Below are positions 39,139 through 48,773 of a stretch of 64,000 bases of DNA, in pieces; the first letter of the stretch is position 1, and each line of letters begins with the position of its first letter. The notes below the pieces were generated by a model that made no database searches, was not told where the DNA came from, and was given only the letters and a program-made list of their open reading frames with translations. Where the stretch lies: IMG/VR virus record IMGVR_UViG_3300028591_000109, positions 77,568 through 141,567 of that record, one strand, 5' to 3'. The DNA is from a virus (lineage: Duplodnaviria; Caudoviricetes). The translations under genes and the position numbers were made by a program.

Positions 39139-39333
39139 TTACTTGTGGTTATGAATACTCAGCGTCTCGGTGTTGGCCGTGCGCAGATAGCGGCGACGGA
39201 AGATGGTGCCAGGGTTGTTGATGCAGAGGTCTTTCATCTTGGCGTTAGCCTCCTGAAGCGTGTACTCGATACCGTCGAGCGGTATGTAATTGCCACGCTT
39301 CTTCACTTGGATTTCATAGAGTTTCGTTTCCAT
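39139..39333 (-). CDS. Hypothetical protein
   Basis: 64 aa. Confidence 0.55.
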   Translation of the reverse strand: METKLYEIQVKKRGNYIPLDGIEYTLQEANAKMKDLCINNPGTIFRRRYLRTANTETLSIHNHK

Positions 39334-39389
39334 AATGCTTGAATTGTTTTTGTTGGGGTTTTAATTGGGGTTGAAATGGGGTTGGAAAA

Positions 39390-39466
39390 GTGATCTCTCA
39401 ATCCACTTGCAAGGTGCTCTCTCAATGCAGTTGCAAGGTGATCTCTCAATGCAGTTGCAAGGTGAT
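39390..39466. repeat. Three tandem 24-bp repeats (GTGATCTCTCAATGCAGTTGCAAG)
   Basis: Seen directly; intergenic. Confidence 0.85.
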
Positions 39467-39469
39467 ATA

Positions 39470-39880
39470 TCAGGGTATCTCCACCACCTCGGCATCTGTC
39501 CAGTCCATCTGGTCCCAATCGAGGTCGTAGCAAGTCAGTGTCTTCTCGTCGCAGTCGATGACGTAGCCATAGGCACTGTCGCCGTGTGGCGCAATGGCAC
39601 ACTGGTATTCCATGTCTGGCTTCTCCTCCTTAGTGTAGTAGTCGACGACCTTACAGGCCCCGCGCACCAGGTCGGTGGCGATTGCCTCTGCATTCCACCC
39701 GCCGTCGGTATAGTCGTTGCGGTCTTTCAGGAATTTCTTCAGTGCGCTTCCTACGCCTTCAGGGTAACCGTCATGGTGGTGATACAGCAAGATTTCGCGC
39801 TCGGTCAGTTTGTCCTGCTCCATGTCCGCGTCGGTCATATAGACGCGCTCTTTGATTCTGATTGTTGCTCTTGTGCTCAT
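39470..39880 (-). CDS. Conserved phage hypothetical protein (MSTRA..LYHHHDGYPEGVG)
   Basis: YxHxDGYP motif family. Confidence 0.7.
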   Translation of the reverse strand: MSTRATIRIKERVYMTDADMEQDKLTEREILLYHHHDGYPEGVGSALKKFLKDRNDYTDGGWNAEAIATDLVRGACKVVDYYTKEEKPDMEYQCAIAPHGDSAYGYVIDCDEKTLTCYDLDWDQMDWTDAEVVEIP

Positions 39881-39909
39881 AATGCTTGTTTGTTTTATAG
39901 TCGTTTCGT

Positions 39910-40212
39910 TTAAAGTTTATAAAGATAGCAATATTCCCAGGGCCAGTGGCTGCTGTATTCGCATACCACGTCGGGCTTTAAGCCGAAGCCCAGCTCCTCG
40001 CCACGCGACACAAGGTACTCGCAGCCGAATTCCAGCGTGCCCTTAACAATCTTAGTACAAGCAGCACTTGAAGCAAACGTGATGTTCACGTCGATGTCCT
40101 CTTCCCTTGTCAGTTCAGCGTGATTTATCGCCTCCATATAGACGATGTGATGTTTCTTGCCGTCGGCTGCAAAGAATGGCAGCATCTGTGCCAATGTCGT
40201 TTTTGTAATCAT
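39910..40212 (-). CDS. Hypothetical protein
   Basis: 100 aa. Confidence 0.6.
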   Translation of the reverse strand: MITKTTLAQMLPFFAADGKKHHIVYMEAINHAELTREEDIDVNITFASSAACTKIVKGTLEFGCEYLVSRGEELGFGLKPDVVCEYSSHWPWEYCYLYKL

Positions 40213-40233
40213 AGTCGTGATGTTGTTAGGTTA

Positions 40234-40674
40234 TTAGTCTGCATAGCAATCAAGAAGCCAGTCCGTCATTTCCTGCTCCAGCCATTTGCAACAGGCCATG
40301 ATGTCGTGCTTGAAGTTCTTTGTCACGTTATACTTGTCGTCGCCCATAGCTTCCACCACGTCGTTGAGTGCAGAAGTGTTGATGGTGTGCTTGTTGAAGA
40401 ACACGACGCACACGTCATCGGCATTGCGGTGCTCATACACCACCCAGTTACCTTGACGGTCGGGGTGCTTCCATGAGCGAAGGCTAAACACATAACCCTG
40501 CTCACGGCAGTTCTCGTAGCGTCCGACGTGAATCCATGCGTCGTAGCGGCGTGCCTTCGTGTCGTAGTCGCTTGCGTCAAGGATAAACTCATTGTGGCCT
40601 CGCAGATAGGCCAGCACCATCTGAGCCTGCCAGCAGGCTCCGTCGTTCATGTACTGTTCGATGCTTGTTGTCAT
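40234..40674 (-). CDS. Hypothetical protein
   Basis: YENCREQGY and EHRNAD motifs. Confidence 0.65.
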   Translation of the reverse strand: MTTSIEQYMNDGACWQAQMVLAYLRGHNEFILDASDYDTKARRYDAWIHVGRYENCREQGYVFSLRSWKHPDRQGNWVVYEHRNADDVCVVFFNKHTINTSALNDVVEAMGDDKYNVTKNFKHDIMACCKWLEQEMTDWLLDCYAD

Positions 40675-40822
40675 AATCGTAATGTTTTAATTCGTTTAAT
40701 TAGTGAAATTCGTGTTCGTTATAAAGGGCATGAAAACTGGGGGTTAACTTGCGCTTCGGTCCAAGTTAACTTTCATGGGTAGCTCAAGTTAACTTGGACC
40801 AAAGTCTAAGTCCACCCCGTGT

Positions 40823-43800
40823 TTACGCCGCCTGCTTCAGCCCGCCGTCGCTCTCGGAGGCATTGCCCTCGGAGCCGCCGGACTGCTTGCCGTTCATCTC
40901 AGCGTTGATCTTGCGGTCGAGCTTGGCGAGGTCGGCCTTGGCCTGGCGCAGCTCGTCCTCCTTTGGCCACGTCTGCTTCAACAGTTCGTCGAGCTGGCGG
41001 ATAGTCACGTTGTTGTCGGCTATCCAGCGTTGCCAGTCGGCGATGCGGCGGGGTAGTTCCTGCAGACAGCGCAGACCATACTCCGCTGCCCGACGGGGCG
41101 AAACATGGGAGAGTTTGCCGTTATTCATGGTGTGCAGGATGCGGTTGCCTTGCAGCGAGAAGAGGTTGGTATATTCCATCGACTCGTTGCCGTCGATATC
41201 ACGGAAAATCTGCTCGTTGGTCTTCACCAGCAGGTCGAAGCCGTATAGCGAGCCTATCTTCAGGCGGACACCCTGCGTGCGGGCTGTCTGCTCGATGCGC
41301 CACAGCCGCTCACCGATGGCCTTCTCATAGTCGGGGCTCCCGACGGCAAAACCGTCGGGCACACTAAATCCGTCGAGCGTGAGAGCGTTCAGCACCGTGC
41401 CGTCCTCATAGCGAGTAAGGCGCTTCCGCTCATACTGCTGCTGGTCGGCCTGTGCATCGCTCACGTCCTGCTTCAGCCGCTCCACGTCCTTCTGCAGTCG
41501 GTCGCGGCGCTCCTCTGCCTGTCGCTGGTCGCGGTGGAAGTTCTTGCGCTCCACCTCTAAGGCGGCAATCTTCTTGTCGAGCTTGGCACGCTCCAGCAGG
41601 TCGGTGTTGCCGGAGAGGATAGCCATGTACTCGGCGAAGTTCATGTTGCCTTTCTCGTCCATGCTTCCCTCGTCGAGGGTGCGCTTGCCCAACTGCCCCT
41701 GCTTCAGCTGCTGGATAAAGGTCTGCTTGCAGTGCAGCAGATTGAACTTATAGGCATCCAACGACCGCTTCACGGCGTAGATGATCACATCCACCTTGTT
41801 GTCGCCATAGTCGCGGGCTATCACGTTGCCCTTACGCACGGCCCTGCCGTCGCGCTGCTCCAGGTCGGCGGGGCGCCAGGGGGTGTCGAGGTGATGCACC
41901 GCCACCACTCGCTCCTGGGCGTTGACCCCCGTGCCGAGCATCGAGGTAGAGCCGAAGAGGATGCGCACGTCGCCGTCGTTCACCTCGTGGATGAGTTTCT
42001 TCTTTTTCGTGTCGCACCGTGCCTCCTGTATGAAGCGTATCTCCGAGGCCGGTATGCCGTAGTCCTCCACCAGCTTGCGCTTGATTTCCTCGTAGATGTT
42101 GAACTTCCCGTCGTTTTGCCACGTCGAGAGGTCCGAGAATATCATCTGCGTACCCTTCACATCCTCGAACTTGTGATAGTACTGGGCCACCATCTTGGCA
42201 CACATGCTCGCCTTGCTCCGTGGGTGGTCGCCATACGACGGGTCGATGAGCCGCATGTCGAGACTCATCTTGCGGGCCAGGTCGGTAGCATACAGCATCT
42301 TCGCCATCTCCTGCTGCTTGGTGGGGTTGTCGATACCTATCAGCGAGAAGTCGCCCGTCTCGGCAAACTTCATCAGCGTGTGGATAAACTCTGCCTGGTC
42401 GGGGGTCGGTTCGATGTGCATCAGTCGGGCATACTTATCAGGGCGCTCGATGCCTACGTCCTTTGCCGTGCGGTAGTCGGTGATTTCATTATAGAACTGC
42501 GCCAGCTCCGGCACCTTGATAAAGTAGCGGAAGCGCTCCTTTAGCACTATCTGATTGGTCAACCCGAACTCATACTCCTGCGTCTTGCGGGTGAAGATAG
42601 CCGCCCAGGCATCGAAACAGGTGATGCCCTGCTTGGCCATCGCCTGCGGTCGCAGATAGCGGAACAGGCTGTACAGCTCCGTCAGACTGTTCGTAATCGT
42701 CGTGCCACTGAGGAACGTCGCGCCGAGGTCACGCCCCGTGCGCTGCTGAATGGTGCGTATGGCCATCAGCAGATTGTAGGCCCGCTTGCTTCCGTCCGTG
42801 TTGCCTAAGCCTGCCACGCGGTCGTGACGGGTGGTGAAGCCCAGGTTCTTGAACTGGTGGCTCTCGTCGATGAAGATGTGGTCGATACCCATCATCTTGA
42901 AGTCCACCACGTCGTCGGTGCGCTTGCGAATAGAGTATTGCAAGTCCTGAAGTTTCGATTGCAAGTTGGCTTTCTTCTTCTCCAGTCCGCGCTTCAGCCG
43001 GCTCGATACGCTGTCCCACGAGCCATACAGTGCGCTCAGACTCTCGTTCAGGTGATTCAGTTCCTCACGGATCACGTCGGCCTGCACCTCGTCCGACTGC
43101 GGTATGAAGCCGAACTGGTCGTGGCTCATGATCACCACGTCCCAGTCGTTGTTCTTCATGCGGTTGAAGAAGTTCTCACGCTCCTTGCCTGAGTAGTCGG
43201 CATGCTTGGCATAGAGCACACGGGCCTTGGGGTAAGCCGTCATATACGTCTCGGCGATGGCGGCCACGTTGGCCTTCAGTCCGATAATCATCGGCTTGTG
43301 GCAGAAGCCCAGTCGCTTCATCTCGTGGGCGGCGAGACACATGATAAGCGTCTTGCCACTGCCTACCTCGTGGTCGCAGATGCCACCACCGTTCATCGTG
43401 AGCATCCAGATGCAGTCCTCCTGGCTCTTATACAGACCGCCGCTCACCTTCTTGCCGTCCTTATACACCGGCTGCGGTATGCCGTACTTCGCCTCCAGCC
43501 CCTGCCAGTCGATGCCGGGGAACCGCTGGTGGCTTCCGTCGAACTGCGGCTTCACGTGGCAGTTGAACAGTCGGTTGTATTTGTCAGTCAGTCCGTCGCG
43601 CAGCGCCTTCGGCTGTCGCAAGAGCCAGTCCTGATAGCCCTGTCTGATTTCCTCAATCAGCGTGTTAGCCTTCTGTGTAGCCTCCGGATCCTCGTCCTTC
43701 TCATAGCTCTTACCGCTGGCGGTCTTAATCTTGCGACCCCGCTCGTCGCGGCGATACTTCATCATCTTGGGACAGCTGTTCTGCAGTGCATGCACCAGCA

Positions 43801-45913
43801 GATCCATACCGTCGAGCGACTGGCTCGCCTCACTACTCACGGCATACTGCGTATATATTTTCTCGTTGCCACGGTCACTGGCACAGGCATACTGATCCAG
43901 GTTGCGATCGTACTTCACCGTCACTTCCACCTTTGCACCGTAGTCATTGCCAGCCATCGAAAAGAACTCCGAGGCAAAGTCCTCGTAGATTTTGCAGTCC
44001 ACCCATCGCTCACCCAGGTTGAAGTCCAGGTCATCGAAGGGGATAGGCTCAGGGACGGCGGCCTGCAGGGCTTGAAGTGAAGAGTGAATAGTGAAGAGTG
44101 AAGAATTTGCTGCCGCCGTCAGGTTGCCGCTTCGTCCGTCCTGTCCCGTATGCTGCGATAGTGTCGCAGCCTCCGGGTACTTCTGCAGGATAGCATCAAT
44201 CTTCTCAATCACATTCCCTGAGATGAACCTCGCCTTAATCTCCCACTCCTCACTCAGGGGATTATAGTATATCTCCCCGTCCAGCTCGTCGCATATCTCT
44301 TCCTCACTCTTGCCAGTCAGCGCAGCCATATACCTCACATCGGGCTTGCCATAGTCATTCAGGCTCTGCGCCAGCGCCTCGTGACTGTCCGTCACGCTGT
44401 GCATCTCGTCGGTCGAGAACGCCACCGGCCTGTCGAAGATGTCGGCCTTGCGCCACTTGCCATCCTCCAGAATCTCCAGCGTCAGCAGTTCCTTGTTGAT
44501 AGCCTTGGCCATCTTCCTGTTCGGCTCCTGGTTCAGCGGGCCCCACTCCAGACGGTATTCATCATACAGGCGGTTCAGCTCCTTGCGCATCTCCGTGCCC
44601 TCCTGCATCTCCTTGGCCTCGTAGTCATACAGGCGGCGGTAACAGTCGAACATGTCAGCCATCTGTTGCTCCTTCTTCGGGTCAAACGACGAGCGCCCGC
44701 TCTTGCGCTCCTGCTTTGCACCCTTCCCGCCGTCAGTGTGCTCGGCGGTTTTGCCGCCGAGTTCCGCGTCGAGCTTCTCCGCCAGGTCCTTGCTCAGCAC
44801 CTCGCCCAGCTGCTGTGCAATCCCCTGCACACCGTCGCGGTGCTTATACACAAACGCCCGCTTTCCATAGGCATCCGTATCAACCGTCCACGCCGTGGCA
44901 ATCACCCGCTCCGGCCACATGTCGAAGTACATATTCGTCGGGCATCCCTCATCTTCATACTGCGTCAGCAGCATCGTCTCTTCCTCTGTCAGCTCGCCTC
45001 GCTTCGAGTCCTTCTGCATCACTAAGAGGTCGGTGCCCACCTCCGTGCCGCTCTCCTTAAAGAGATTGTTCGCCAACCGATACGCCCCGATGAGCCGTGC
45101 CTGCTTCAGTGCCTCGCCCAACTGTTCACCGTCACGGTTCAGGTAGTTGCTCGTGATGATATAAGCAAGCACCCCACCCTCTCGCAGGCAGTCCAGCCCC
45201 TTCAACACATAGTAGCGGTGAATCATGCGGGCAGCATCCCTGCGCACCTGACTCTTCGAGTTCGTATAGTCCGGATCAAACACGCGGATATCGCCGAAGG
45301 GAACATTCGTAGCCACCAGGTCATACATACCCAGCTCAGATGCCGGGATAGTCTCGAAGCCGTCACAGTAAACAGCGGTTCGTCTGTTGATTGTGGTCAG
45401 CGTCATCTTCGCCTTCAGCAACGTCGCCGTCAGTATATCCTTCTCGAAGCAGGTAGCATGATACTTTTTGTAGTCGCGATGATTGGTAAGATAATAGTTC
45501 GCCATATCAGTAAACACGCCCCCACCGGCCGCAGGGTCAAGGAAATTGCGATAGGCTATTCCGCCAAGCCCACATTCAAACATCGAATGATGTTCAATAG
45601 CCTTGAAGATGGCTTCCACCACCTCCCGTGGCGTATAATAAGCCGTCAGCGTGCTTGCCTTCAGGCTCTTCACCCATGCCTCGTAATCCCGCTCGCTGCT
45701 GCTATACTCCTTTAAGATGTTGTGCAGCTTTACTGTCAGTTCGTAGTACTGCAAGTCGCTCTTGCTCCATACGCTCTTCTCCAGCGGGTTCAGCACGAAT
45801 GTCATCCCCCCGAAGCCCGTGTACTTGCTCAGCGTCTCTGCGTCATACTTGGTAGCACTCAGTGCGTGCCATATTGCCTCAATGTTGTCTATCAGTCGTT
45901 GTAATTTGCTCAT
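40823..45913 (-). CDS. DarB-like N6-adenine methyltransferase / SNF2 helicase fusion
   Basis: FLDPAAGGGVF, NVPFG, HEVGSGKT, IDESH, SGT, QRDGRAVRKGN. Confidence 0.9.
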   Translation of the reverse strand: MSKLQRLIDNIEAIWHALSATKYDAETLSKYTGFGGMTFVLNPLEKSVWSKSDLQYYELTVKLHNILKEYSSSERDYEAWVKSLKASTLTAYYTPREVVEAIFKAIEHHSMFECGLGGIAYRNFLDPAAGGGVFTDMANYYLTNHRDYKKYHATCFEKDILTATLLKAKMTLTTINRRTAVYCDGFETIPASELGMYDLVATNVPFGDIRVFDPDYTNSKSQVRRDAARMIHRYYVLKGLDCLREGGVLAYIITSNYLNRDGEQLGEALKQARLIGAYRLANNLFKESGTEVGTDLLVMQKDSKRGELTEEETMLLTQYEDEGCPTNMYFDMWPERVIATAWTVDTDAYGKRAFVYKHRDGVQGIAQQLGEVLSKDLAEKLDAELGGKTAEHTDGGKGAKQERKSGRSSFDPKKEQQMADMFDCYRRLYDYEAKEMQEGTEMRKELNRLYDEYRLEWGPLNQEPNRKMAKAINKELLTLEILEDGKWRKADIFDRPVAFSTDEMHSVTDSHEALAQSLNDYGKPDVRYMAALTGKSEEEICDELDGEIYYNPLSEEWEIKARFISGNVIEKIDAILQKYPEAATLSQHTGQDGRSGNLTAAANSSLFTIHSSLQALQAAVPEPIPFDDLDFNLGERWVDCKIYEDFASEFFSMAGNDYGAKVEVTVKYDRNLDQYACASDRGNEKIYTQYAVSSEASQSLDGMDLLVHALQNSCPKMMKYRRDERGRKIKTASGKSYEKDEDPEATQKANTLIEEIRQGYQDWLLRQPKALRDGLTDKYNRLFNCHVKPQFDGSHQRFPGIDWQGLEAKYGIPQPVYKDGKKVSGGLYKSQEDCIWMLTMNGGGICDHEVGSGKTLIMCLAAHEMKRLGFCHKPMIIGLKANVAAIAETYMTAYPKARVLYAKHADYSGKERENFFNRMKNNDWDVVIMSHDQFGFIPQSDEVQADVIREELNHLNESLSALYGSWDSVSSRLKRGLEKKKANLQSKLQDLQYSIRKRTDDVVDFKMMGIDHIFIDESHQFKNLGFTTRHDRVAGLGNTDGSKRAYNLLMAIRTIQQRTGRDLGATFLSGTTITNSLTELYSLFRYLRPQAMAKQGITCFDAWAAIFTRKTQEYEFGLTNQIVLKERFRYFIKVPELAQFYNEITDYRTAKDVGIERPDKYARLMHIEPTPDQAEFIHTLMKFAETGDFSLIGIDNPTKQQEMAKMLYATDLARKMSLDMRLIDPSYGDHPRSKASMCAKMVAQYYHKFEDVKGTQMIFSDLSTWQNDGKFNIYEEIKRKLVEDYGIPASEIRFIQEARCDTKKKKLIHEVNDGDVRILFGSTSMLGTGVNAQERVVAVHHLDTPWRPADLEQRDGRAVRKGNVIARDYGDNKVDVIIYAVKRSLDAYKFNLLHCKQTFIQQLKQGQLGKRTLDEGSMDEKGNMNFAEYMAILSGNTDLLERAKLDKKIAALEVERKNFHRDQRQAEERRDRLQKDVERLKQDVSDAQADQQQYERKRLTRYEDGTVLNALTLDGFSVPDGFAVGSPDYEKAIGERLWRIEQTARTQGVRLKIGSLYGFDLLVKTNEQIFRDIDGNESMEYTNLFSLQGNRILHTMNNGKLSHVSPRRAAEYGLRCLQELPRRIADWQRWIADNNVTIRQLDELLKQTWPKEDELRQAKADLAKLDRKINAEMNGKQSGGSEGNASESDGGLKQAA

Positions 45914-45917
45914 ATCT

Positions 45918-46151
45918 TTATGCCTCCTTGATTTTAATGAATGAATTATAGTTCAGCAGCATCCTCACTACTTCCTCCAGCGTGTCGAGCGGAAGGAACT
46001 GCGTCCAATACGTAGGCCGCCCCTCTTCGTCCTTGGTTACTACCGCATACTTGTTGCCGCATCTGACATCTGCCGCCTCGGTTTCAGCTTTTGGATTGAA
46101 TTGTTTTACCCAGCCGTCAATCCTTGCCAGCTGCTCTTTCTTCTTGCTCAT
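45918..46151 (-). CDS. Hypothetical protein
   Basis: Start MSKKKE. Confidence 0.55.
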   Translation of the reverse strand: MSKKKEQLARIDGWVKQFNPKAETEAADVRCGNKYAVVTKDEEGRPTYWTQFLPLDTLEEVVRMLLNYNSFIKIKEA

Positions 46152-46244
46152 AATCTTGTTTCTTTTGATTTTGTCTGTTGTCAATTTCTAATCATTCAGA
46201 GATACTTCTGAACAGTGTCTTCTGTTCCATAGTCTCAATTCGTT

Positions 46245-46616
46245 TTAATTGTTAATCACTTTCACCTTCATGCCCTTCTTTTGCAGGGAGTCGTTGATTA
46301 GGTCTGTCACATTCTGCTTGTCGCCGAGGGCAGAAAGCACCAGTCCGCAGTCCTTTATCAGTGCGTTGACGACACCCGCTATATAGCAGGGGAAGTTGGT
46401 ATAGGCATCTTTGCGGAATTTCTTCATCAGCGTTTCCACCGTGTACGTTCCATGCAGTTCGCCGGCATCGTCGGCGTGTCTCAGCGTGACCTTATAGAGC
46501 CATCGCCCCTTGCTGTCGCCGAGCCACTTGATGCGCTCACACCATTTCACACAATACAGATTGCCGAACATCATCATCTGTTCGGATGTTGCCTTCACTT
46601 TAATGTCACTCTCCAT
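46245..46616 (-). CDS. Hypothetical protein
   Basis: 123 aa; flanked by identical 20-bp start modules. Confidence 0.6.
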   Translation of the reverse strand: MESDIKVKATSEQMMMFGNLYCVKWCERIKWLGDSKGRWLYKVTLRHADDAGELHGTYTVETLMKKFRKDAYTNFPCYIAGVVNALIKDCGLVLSALGDKQNVTDLINDSLQKKGMKVKVINN

Positions 46617-46631
46617 AGTCTCAATTCGTTT

Positions 46632-47267
46632 TTAGATGTCGTCAAATGTCACGTTCTCAATGTCCGTCTGGTCAACCTCCATGTAGTCGCACCATCCGTC
46701 GCCGGCCTCGATTCCCTCGATGAACGCCTTGCGCTCGGCCTCGGTGTCGAACTCTCGTATCACGATACTGCCGTCACCGTCGCGGCACACCTCATGCAAT
46801 CCCTCGAAGTCCTGCTCGTCGTAGCGACGGGTAGCACGGGAACCGAACACCACGGCGCACTTGAATTTCTGCGGTTCTTCACCGATGTCGAGCAGTTCCT
46901 CCAGTTTCTCCCAGACGAACATCCTGGTAGCCCATACGGTGTCGTCCTCCCACGCCCAGTCGTAGCCAAGTTCGTTGCTGTGACCCTCGAACTTAAAGCG
47001 GTCGCCCACCAGCGTCACCTTGTCAATGCGGTAGTCATTCATGTTGTACTTCCCGATAAACACCACATACGGTGCCTCCTGGTCTTTGTAGTCGATATAG
47101 GCGTCGTCATCGTCCTCTTTCTCTTCCGGCTCACACTCCTCTTGCTTGCACCATTCGCTGTACGGGAGGATGGTTGCCAACTCAGTAATACCACGCTCCT
47201 GCATGGTCTTGATAATTCTCTCGCGGCTCTCTCTGACAATGCCGTAAATATCTGAAATCTTTTTCAT
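46632..47267 (-). CDS. Acidic hypothetical protein
   Basis: Start MKKISD; FDTEAERKAFIEGI..DGW. Confidence 0.65.
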   Translation of the reverse strand: MKKISDIYGIVRESRERIIKTMQERGITELATILPYSEWCKQEECEPEEKEDDDDAYIDYKDQEAPYVVFIGKYNMNDYRIDKVTLVGDRFKFEGHSNELGYDWAWEDDTVWATRMFVWEKLEELLDIGEEPQKFKCAVVFGSRATRRYDEQDFEGLHEVCRDGDGSIVIREFDTEAERKAFIEGIEAGDGWCDYMEVDQTDIENVTFDDI

Positions 47268-47330
47268 ACTCGCTTGAATAATTTTAATTAAATTTTTGGA
47301 TAATTTCTCGGCGCGAAGCGACGACCCCAA

Positions 47331-48731
47331 TCAGGCCGCCTGCTTCACTTTCTTCTTAGTAGTCGCCTTCACATAGCTCGTCCGCTCGAACACATAGCGG
47401 ACTGCCGTGCCGATATGCACCCGTCGTGTGCCGTCGGGCTGCATGGTCGAGCGGCATAGCGTAGCGTCCTCGTCGCCGACACTCACACCCACCATCAGGT
47501 GCAGCATCGTCCAGTCGTCGTCCGAGACCGTCACCTCGTCGTCGATACCGCCCTGACAGAAGGCATCCACCACACCGCCCAACTGCTGCAAGATACGCGC
47601 CTTGGTCAGCACGTTCATCTTGCGCGTCCTGCTCTCGAAGAGCACCTTGCCGAAGCGCTCCGTCCACGGGGTAGAAAACGTATCGCTGTCATAGCAGGGG
47701 TCAAACAGCCGTTCCACGTCCGTCACCTCCTGCACCGTCGGGCCGTCCTCCCACGTCAGCTCATAAAACTGATACTTGCCGTAGCTGCTCTTAGTGCTCT
47801 TCACCGTGAACGTCACCCCCGGGAACTTCGCCTTCAGCACCGCCTTCAGGTTGCTCACGGCCACCGTCTGCTGCTCCGCGTCGGTCAGTCCCCGGCTGAT
47901 AGTGATCAGCTTCCCCTGCCACTCGTCTATCAGCGGCCTTTGCTCCGCCTCTATCTTCGCCTTGCGCTCCGCCTCGATGCGCTCAGCCTCCCGCTGTTCA
48001 CGTTCAATGCCAGCCTGAATACGGTGCAGATGATCGCTGAACATCGTCTCGTAGTCGCAGGGAAGGTAGAAGTCAGTAATCAGTTGGTCGCCGCGAGGGT
48101 TACCAAAGATGCAGTAATGTTCCGACCTGAACATCACCACCTTCGCCACGCGCTTTGCCTTGCGGATGCCGTTGGCGGGATCGGCCTGCTGGATTGTTTC
48201 CCAGCCTCCATAGATATCGCCGTCAGTAGCATAGCTGAGGTACGTCTCCATCATCATGGCATCGTCGATGTCGAAGACAGCTTCTATCTTCACCACGGTC
48301 TCGTCCTTAACACCCTGCCTCAGAACCATGCGCAGCACATCATTCAGGCATCCCTCTTCGGGTGAGAAGGCCTTCATCCACTCTACAGCTTTGGCATACA
48401 CATAGTCGCCCGCCTTCAGTTCGCCCGGTCGCTTCTGCTTGTTGCGCCGTGCCTGCTCCAGCACCTCGGCCAGCCGGTTACGTTCGCGCTCCTTGCGCTC
48501 CCGTTCCTCACGCTCACGGCGCTCCCGTTCTCTCCGCTCGCGCCCTCTTGCCGATTTGGTATAGTCGCCGTTCAGTTCCGCCTTGCGTTCCTCATACTGC
48601 TGCTGCATCTCCTGGAACTTAGCCGTAGCCTCCGGGTCGTTAGGGTTCCTGTCCGGGTGCATCTTTATTACAAGCCGCCGGTGCTCCTGCTCCAGCTGCT
48701 CGTGGTTCATACAGTTTGCAAAATATTCCAT
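47331..48731 (-). CDS. DnaJ (J-domain) protein with LPD29-like domain
   Basis: HPD motif; NLKAVLKAKFPGVTFTVKS..WEDGPT; start MEYF. Confidence 0.75.
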   Translation of the reverse strand: MEYFANCMNHEQLEQEHRRLVIKMHPDRNPNDPEATAKFQEMQQQYEERKAELNGDYTKSARGRERRERERREREERERKERERNRLAEVLEQARRNKQKRPGELKAGDYVYAKAVEWMKAFSPEEGCLNDVLRMVLRQGVKDETVVKIEAVFDIDDAMMMETYLSYATDGDIYGGWETIQQADPANGIRKAKRVAKVVMFRSEHYCIFGNPRGDQLITDFYLPCDYETMFSDHLHRIQAGIEREQREAERIEAERKAKIEAEQRPLIDEWQGKLITISRGLTDAEQQTVAVSNLKAVLKAKFPGVTFTVKSTKSSYGKYQFYELTWEDGPTVQEVTDVERLFDPCYDSDTFSTPWTERFGKVLFESRTRKMNVLTKARILQQLGGVVDAFCQGGIDDEVTVSDDDWTMLHLMVGVSVGDEDATLCRSTMQPDGTRRVHIGTAVRYVFERTSYVKATTKKKVKQAA

Positions 48732-48773
48732 AGTCGAAATGTTCAATGTTCAATCTTCAATGTTCAATCTCTC

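Noticed and set aside
39390-39466. CRISPR array
   Set aside because: Repeats are contiguous with no unique spacers, and no cas genes are present.
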